Assembly: GCA_964643325.1 (NCBI GenBank)
Contig: CAZXSE010000001.1
Location: 84,780-148,779 of the forward strand
From: an uncultured Planctomycetales bacterium
GTDB lineage: Bacteria > Omnitrophota > Gorgyraeia > Zapsychrales > Fredricksoniimonadaceae
DNA length: 64,000 nucleotides
Reading direction: 5' to 3'
Shown: positions 58,768 to 64,000 of the stretch, in pieces
How positions within the stretch are numbered: the stretch's first letter is position 1
Layout of the letters: each line of letters opens with the position of its first letter
Made by a program: the position numbers and the translations under genes
The notes under the pieces: generated by a model
Databases searched by the model: none
Told to the model about the DNA's origin: nothing
The model's input: the letters and a program-made list of their open reading frames with translations, nothing else

Positions 58768-61247
58768 CGTGTTCTCCCGCCAACATCCAGAACGCACACA
58801 TCATTGTCAACCGGCACGCACCCGTACTCGCGGGCATGCTCAAGATAAAACCCCTGCCCCGGGGCCAGCCGCTGGCGCAGCCATGACCCGAACGGTTCAA
58901 AATACACGCGCCCGCCGAGGAATTGCGGCGTGAAGCGATGCCTCTCAACAACAACATGCGTGACCCCGTAACGGCGGGCAAACGAACGGACGCCCTCCTC
59001 ATCGGCGGCATAATAAGCCGCCAAGAGGTCCTTCGTGCGCGCCGTGACCGTTCTCCAGTAAGCATCGAACAGCGGCACGGAAAGTTCCGCACTTACCAAG
59101 ACACTGCGTTTGGCAAAAACGGGTATGGCATCAGCCGTGTCCGGCCACGCGGCAATAAGCGCGTCCTTTGGTAATGTTCCCAGGAGCGCATAAAGCTTCT
59201 GGTGTTTTCCATAATCCGTCAGGCCCGCACCACGGATCAGCGGAACACAGGCGATCACGCACAGCAAAACAACCGCCTTAAGCACATCGCCACGACGGCC
59301 GGGCCATGATGAGGCCATCATCCCGACGGGGATCATGATGAACAACAGGCCTGCCACGGCGATCGTGTAGGTCGCGTACCTGTCTGGAGCGTATAATTTA
59401 AGAACGACCTGTGCCGCGGCAGTATACAAAAAAGCGCTGGCGGCAATGATCACAGCAAGAGGCGCCAAAGAAACCCTTCTGCGCTGTTGCCACCACCAGG
59501 CCCCGGCGCCGGTCATCACCATCAGGAATAAAAGGTGCTGTCCGAGAAAGCTCTCTTTCCAGGCCGCCGGTAAGAATGTCTTATACATCCCTTTGAAAAG
59601 AAAAATGCCATTCTCCACCGATCGGATCAAGACCTGCCAAAAACTTTCCACAGGCCAGACAGACCAGCGCCCCGCCGTGGTCAATTCAGGCATATGCATG
59701 ATCTCATCACGCGTCAGCAGCGCGCCGATCACTGCCGGCGTTGTACCCATGAACTTGATTGCCAGGACCGCCAGCCCTGCGATCGCGGCGACCAGAAGCA
59801 CCTTGCCCTGTTCACGGCAAAGCAGCCAGTGTATCAGCCAGATCGCTCCCGCCAGCGCGAATACCACAGGAAAAAAGAGCGTCGCTGCCATCATTACATA
59901 CGCTGCCGCGCGATAAGCGCGCGCCGTCAAGAAATAAAAGAACAACAATAACAACGGATACCCAAACACATGCGCGTGCCCGCCGGCGGCGTGCTGCAGA
60001 TAAACGGGCGTGACCATGAACGCGACTGAACACAATAAGGCCGTATAAGAATCCCTGGTCCATGCATGGACCAGGCGAAACAACGCCCATACCGCCGCCG
60101 GAAAGAGAATGAACGGCAATATTTTTGCCATGACCAGCGGATCAACAGCCCAGGCCGTGGCCCGATATAAAAAAAGAATGCCGAAGTTCTGCAGGCTCGC
60201 GGCATAGATGCGCAAAAGGTCATTCGGAAAAAGCGCCGGATCAGTAAAAGAACGCATCCACCACAAATGCTGACAAACATCGTCGTTGATAACAAAAACC
60301 GACCGTAGCGCGGCTGCCTGCGAATAGACCGCGACCGCCAAAGAGCCGATGACCGCAAGAACAGGATACAACTGTTCACGAAAGATCAGCCAGGCGGCGA
60401 TCTTGATCCATTCGAGCGGACGGCCGTCGGCGGCACGGATAAACCAACGGCCGGCCTCAGACCAGCGGCCGGCTTCGATATGAAATTTCCCCAAACGCTT
60501 TAAATGAATACTGCGCGCCGCCTTATCCTCATCAAATTCCGCAGCGTATTTGACCAGGATCCTTTCGCGCGCCGCGATCGCGCACGCCGGATCCGATGAT
60601 ATCCGCGGGCCATGATCACGCACCATAGCCAGCACATCCGCAATGTGATCGAAATGAAATTGCCGGGACGCGCGGATCCACATATCCCAATCCTGGGCGC
60701 TGGGAAGCTTTTCATCAAAGCCGCCGCAACGCTCAAAGACCTCCCGCCGGACAAGGGCCATGATCCCGCCGGGCTTCTCCCCGCGCAAGAGGGCGCCGTG
60801 GATATCCCCTCTCAATTCCGCCCGGGGCCGGCTGATCCCGCGCCCCCCGTCTGCATCCAGCAATTCAACACAGCAATGCAAAACCCCGACATTGTTGGGG
60901 CACTGCGACATGGCCGCGGTCATTTTCTCCAAGAAATCCCGATGCCACAGATCATCATCATCAAGAAAAGCGATCAAGCCGGCGGCTGCACGGGCAATCC
61001 CTGTATTACGCGCCGCCGCGCCGCCACGATGATGATCGTGCTTCAAATAAATAATACGGCGATCCTGGAACTTTTCCGCAACAGCCGCTGCTGACCCATC
61101 GGGATCATCATCCACAATGATCAGTTCAAAGTCCTGATATGTTTGCGCCAGAACGCTAGTAATGGCCCCCGCAAGCAATTCAGGCCTGCGGAACGCAGGA
61201 ATAATAACACTGACACCCGGGGTTTTTTGTGACGCGCTAGCGTTCAT
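58764..61247 (-). CDS. Fusion of an N-terminal GT2 glycosyltransferase with a ~500-aa polytopic membrane domain and a C-terminal soluble domain
   Basis: The GT2 core is VSVIIPAFRRPELL...ELIIVDDDPDGS...FLDDDD. At least 10 hydrophobic helices follow, then a soluble tail of about 150 aa. I place the start at MNASASQK. Confidence 0.75.
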   Translation of the reverse strand: MNASASQKTPGVSVIIPAFRRPELLAGAITSVLAQTYQDFELIIVDDDPDGSAAAVAEKFQDRRIIYLKHDHHRGGAAARNTGIARAAAGLIAFLDDDDLWHRDFLEKMTAAMSQCPNNVGVLHCCVELLDADGGRGISRPRAELRGDIHGALLRGEKPGGIMALVRREVFERCGGFDEKLPSAQDWDMWIRASRQFHFDHIADVLAMVRDHGPRISSDPACAIAARERILVKYAAEFDEDKAARSIHLKRLGKFHIEAGRWSEAGRWFIRAADGRPLEWIKIAAWLIFREQLYPVLAVIGSLAVAVYSQAAALRSVFVINDDVCQHLWWMRSFTDPALFPNDLLRIYAASLQNFGILFLYRATAWAVDPLVMAKILPFILFPAAVWALFRLVHAWTRDSYTALLCSVAFMVTPVYLQHAAGGHAHVFGYPLLLLFFYFLTARAYRAAAYVMMAATLFFPVVFALAGAIWLIHWLLCREQGKVLLVAAIAGLAVLAIKFMGTTPAVIGALLTRDEIMHMPELTTAGRWSVWPVESFWQVLIRSVENGIFLFKGMYKTFLPAAWKESFLGQHLLFLMVMTGAGAWWWQQRRRVSLAPLAVIIAASAFLYTAAAQVVLKLYAPDRYATYTIAVAGLLFIMIPVGMMASSWPGRRGDVLKAVVLLCVIACVPLIRGAGLTDYGKHQKLYALLGTLPKDALIAAWPDTADAIPVFAKRSVLVSAELSVPLFDAYWRTVTARTKDLLAAYYAADEEGVRSFARRYGVTHVVVERHRFTPQFLGGRVYFEPFGSWLRQRLAPGQGFYLEHAREYGCVPVDNDVCVLDVGGRTR

Positions 61248-62742
61248 GGTCCCTCCCGGGGCTATCGAACACATAGATCGCGCCGCGCCCATCGCGCAAG
61301 GCCGCGGATAAAGAAAGCCCGGCCGCAAGCCGCTGCCACTCGAGATGCGGCTCAAAACGCTGTTCATCAAAGATGACCGCGACAGCCCGGCGCTGTGTAA
61401 AATCCTGGCGGACGTTCTCCTCAGGCGGCCAATAACCCGTGCTCATTCGCGCATGCGGAATGCGCACCGCAGGCCGGCCAGTATAGATGTAAACAGCTTG
61501 CGTATCGTTCGCATACACAGGTACATTTTCCGGCAGGGCCTTGAGCGCTTTGACCAAAGCGGTATCCGCCCACGAACGCGAGCTGTATCCATATCCTTGC
61601 GCGCGCATATCCGCGCCAAACTGTGCCGTGCGCACGAACATGGCCGCAACAAAGATCATGCACAGGACCCTCGCCAACCTGCCCGCAGCCGGCCAGAGCC
61701 CCGGCGCACCAAAGACCAAGGCCGCCAGAATGACCGGAACAAAAATGCGCACATTCAATCCGATCCCGCCCGGCAATAACAGCATGCTGGCTATTAAAAA
61801 ACATAGGTAGCAGCTCGTAAAGACGGCAACGACGGAAGATGCTGCTGTCCGCTGTCCGCGCGCGCGTACCAGAACCACGGCCAGCCCCAGCAAGACACAT
61901 GCCAATGCCGCTATCCTTACCGCCATTGGCACTGATAACGGCAGCAGGAATTGCGACAAAGAATCCACGCCCCGCATCCATACAGGCCATGGCAGCCATG
62001 CAAGCCCTGGCGCGCCGTCAACAGGGTTGCCTGTCACCTGCATGTTGCGCCAAAGCCATGCCGCCGGCAATGCCAGGGACAGCACGCCAAAAACTGCTGC
62101 CGCTTTTATTTTCCCTGCCAGAGAATGCGAGGACATCATCCAGACAATGACACCTCCGGCGAGCACCAGCGAAAATCCCACGTAACGCGTCAATGCGCAC
62201 GCGCCCGCGCACGCGGCCGCCATGACAAGCCAGCGACGGCATGGGCTCTGGGCATAGAGCGCAAGGGCCCATAAACCTCCCAGCAACAACAAAATAAAGA
62301 GCGGTTCCGATACAAGCATCAGATGCAGTTGAAGGAAATGAACCCAGCCGATGCCCAAGACCCCCGCGATCGCCGCGTCCCGCGCCCGCCGGGTCAGATA
62401 AAAAATAATGCCGCAAACCAGCATGATGTTAAGGCCAAAAAGCCCTGCTTGCAGGTATCGTGCCCAATCCATCACGCTCACGCCAAGGAACAGCCCGGCG
62501 GACAAAGCCGCGGGATAAAGCAAAGGATAATGGGTCAAAGGCTGCAGGGCCGCGTCCTTGCCATAGACCATAACGCCCTGGCCACGCGCAAGAGTTGTCG
62601 CAGCCTGACAATAAAAAGCAGCATCCGTCGTTGTGGCAAGGCCTCGGGGCGCTGTCAAAAAAAGCGCCAGTCCCGCGGCGACCGCGCCAAGAACAAGGGC
62701 CGCGATCCAGACGGCCGTTACCTCACGCCGCACGTCATGCAT
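61237..62742 (-). CDS. Polytopic membrane protein (GT-C/ArnT-like glycosyltransferase or polymerase candidate) with a C-terminal soluble domain
   Basis: 501 aa. About 11 hydrophobic helices are followed by a soluble C-terminus of about 120 aa. I see no specific motif, so the family call is tentative. Confidence 0.55.
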   Translation of the reverse strand: MHDVRREVTAVWIAALVLGAVAAGLALFLTAPRGLATTTDAAFYCQAATTLARGQGVMVYGKDAALQPLTHYPLLYPAALSAGLFLGVSVMDWARYLQAGLFGLNIMLVCGIIFYLTRRARDAAIAGVLGIGWVHFLQLHLMLVSEPLFILLLLGGLWALALYAQSPCRRWLVMAAACAGACALTRYVGFSLVLAGGVIVWMMSSHSLAGKIKAAAVFGVLSLALPAAWLWRNMQVTGNPVDGAPGLAWLPWPVWMRGVDSLSQFLLPLSVPMAVRIAALACVLLGLAVVLVRARGQRTAASSVVAVFTSCYLCFLIASMLLLPGGIGLNVRIFVPVILAALVFGAPGLWPAAGRLARVLCMIFVAAMFVRTAQFGADMRAQGYGYSSRSWADTALVKALKALPENVPVYANDTQAVYIYTGRPAVRIPHARMSTGYWPPEENVRQDFTQRRAVAVIFDEQRFEPHLEWQRLAAGLSLSAALRDGRGAIYVFDSPGRDHER

Positions 62743-63964
62743 CCGTGATCTCCTTTAATATTCTTTCCAGGTCGCGATTAAGTGTCGCGCTATCCCTCGC
62801 GGGGATCACGCTGCAACGCGCCGCCGCCGCGATATCTTTCAGGTCCGGAGCCTGCGGCAATGACCGGACCCTGTCCGCGATCGCGGCCGCACTCTTTTCT
62901 TCCACCAGGAATCCGTTCTTTTCGTTGATAACAAGCTCGCCGATGCCGCCGGTCGCTGTTGTCACAACAATGGTGCCGCCGGCCATGGCTTCCATCAACG
63001 CCACAGGGATCCCTTCCTCGTCGCCGTTCTCCGCCCGGATGCTAGGCGCCAGAAGGATGTCTGCCCGCGCCATGGCCTCGCGCACCCCATGCGCATCCCG
63101 AGCCCCCGCCAGGGTCACGCAAGATCCCAGACCAAGACGCTGAATATCCGCTTGCAGTGCGGCGCGCAACGGCCCGTCGCCGATGATCGTATATTCGAAT
63201 GCTATCTTTTCCCGCGCCAGGATCGCCATGGCCTCCAAAGCATAGATCAGGCCTTTCTTGGCGACGAGCCGCGCCACGGACAGGATCTTCATGCCCGGCC
63301 CCGTGAACCGGAGGTTACCGGCATCGGGGAATGCTGTGACATCAATACCCATTGCGTGCACGCGTATCTTTGCCGCAGGACATCCAAGCTCGAGCAACTT
63401 CTGCCTGGCATATTCGCTCACCGCCAGAAAAAGATCCCCCTTGCTAAAAAGATCCTGATAAACATTTCTGCCGCAACGCCGCACATAAGCGGAAATGTCC
63501 GACGCGTGAAAGACCGTCACCAGCTTCCCCGTGACAATGCCAAGTTCTTTCATGCGCAGCCCCTGCAGGCCGCACGGCCCGAAATGGCACAGCACGATAT
63601 CGTATGCCTGCGCGACGGAAAAAGCGTGGGCCTGAAAAAAAAGATTGAGCGACCATGCTTCGCGCCCGTAACGAAAGATATTCAGCGATCGCAGCGCCGG
63701 CCCCGGCGCGCGCCACAAAAACGACGGCAGAAGCCACAAAAACTTACCCAGCCGTGCCAGGCGCGCCGCCGGCTTATCATTGTAATACCGCGCGCGGCTC
63801 AGAAGGCCGTAACGCAGGACCTTGTCGTGAACAAGCGCCTCCGGCGACCGGGCACCGGCCAGGATGCTGACCTCATGCCCGCGGTCCATCAGGCCCGTGA
63901 TCTGCTCCAGGATGAATGTTTCTGACAGGGCCGGGAACATCCCGACCACAAAACAAATGCGCAT
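62735..63964 (-). CDS. GT4-family glycosyltransferase (WcaL-like)
   Basis: It opens MRICFVVGMFPALSETFILEQI and carries the motif EGIPVALMEAMAGGTIVV. Confidence 0.8.
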   Translation of the reverse strand: MRICFVVGMFPALSETFILEQITGLMDRGHEVSILAGARSPEALVHDKVLRYGLLSRARYYNDKPAARLARLGKFLWLLPSFLWRAPGPALRSLNIFRYGREAWSLNLFFQAHAFSVAQAYDIVLCHFGPCGLQGLRMKELGIVTGKLVTVFHASDISAYVRRCGRNVYQDLFSKGDLFLAVSEYARQKLLELGCPAAKIRVHAMGIDVTAFPDAGNLRFTGPGMKILSVARLVAKKGLIYALEAMAILAREKIAFEYTIIGDGPLRAALQADIQRLGLGSCVTLAGARDAHGVREAMARADILLAPSIRAENGDEEGIPVALMEAMAGGTIVVTTATGGIGELVINEKNGFLVEEKSAAAIADRVRSLPQAPDLKDIAAAARCSVIPARDSATLNRDLERILKEITDA

Positions 63965-64000
63965 CGTGCCTCTCTGACAGTTAGGCGTTCTTCAACCAGA

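Overview
GC-rich bacterial chromosome segment, diderm-type (Lnt, lipobox lipoproteins), with canonical GGAGG-type Shine-Dalgarno sites and sigma70-like promoters. I support 44 protein genes, 43 of them on the minus strand, and most junctions are 1-14 nt overlaps or gaps under 40 nt. I found no rRNA, tRNA, CRISPR array, transposase or integrase. In minus-strand transcription order (high to low coordinate) the window holds: (1) a polysaccharide biosynthesis cluster (63964-47322) of six GT4 genes, a CgeB-like gene, a GT2-membrane fusion, a polytopic membrane protein, WbqC, PIG-L deacetylase, DegT aminotransferase, epimerase and UDP-sugar dehydrogenase, ending in crcB; (2) glnS-CNNM-CaCA-LTXXQ chaperone-ilvD; (3) an eight-gene glycogen plus polyphosphate unit, glgP-DUF2934-glgB-GH57-ppx-ppk-CHAD-MPP/HD; (4) a 323-nt spacer filled by two long hairpins; (5) a ROK glucokinase with an extra C-terminal domain; (6) a monocistronic 1240-aa protein fusing an unassigned N-terminal region with UDP-sugar pyrophosphorylase and nucleoside-diphosphate kinase domains; (7) the only plus-strand gene, a TMTC/PMT-like membrane protein with TPR repeats; (8) a glutamine-centred block, PG-binding lipoprotein, GAF-GAF-ANTAR regulator, glnN, nadE, GT2, gltB, gltD, TPR lipoprotein, lnt, A/Q-rich secreted protein, carA, carB and the first codons of a PurF-like amidotransferase. 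The most interesting items are the UDPGP-NDK fusion, the ANTAR regulator paired with an attenuator-like glnN leader, the fused glycogen/polyphosphate operon with CHAD and MPP-HD accessories, the tandem long hairpins at 27204-27458, and a triple C-tract/G-tract hairpin array that overlaps a ribosome-binding site at 49609-49718. All protein calls rest on motif reading of the supplied translations. No database search was possible.
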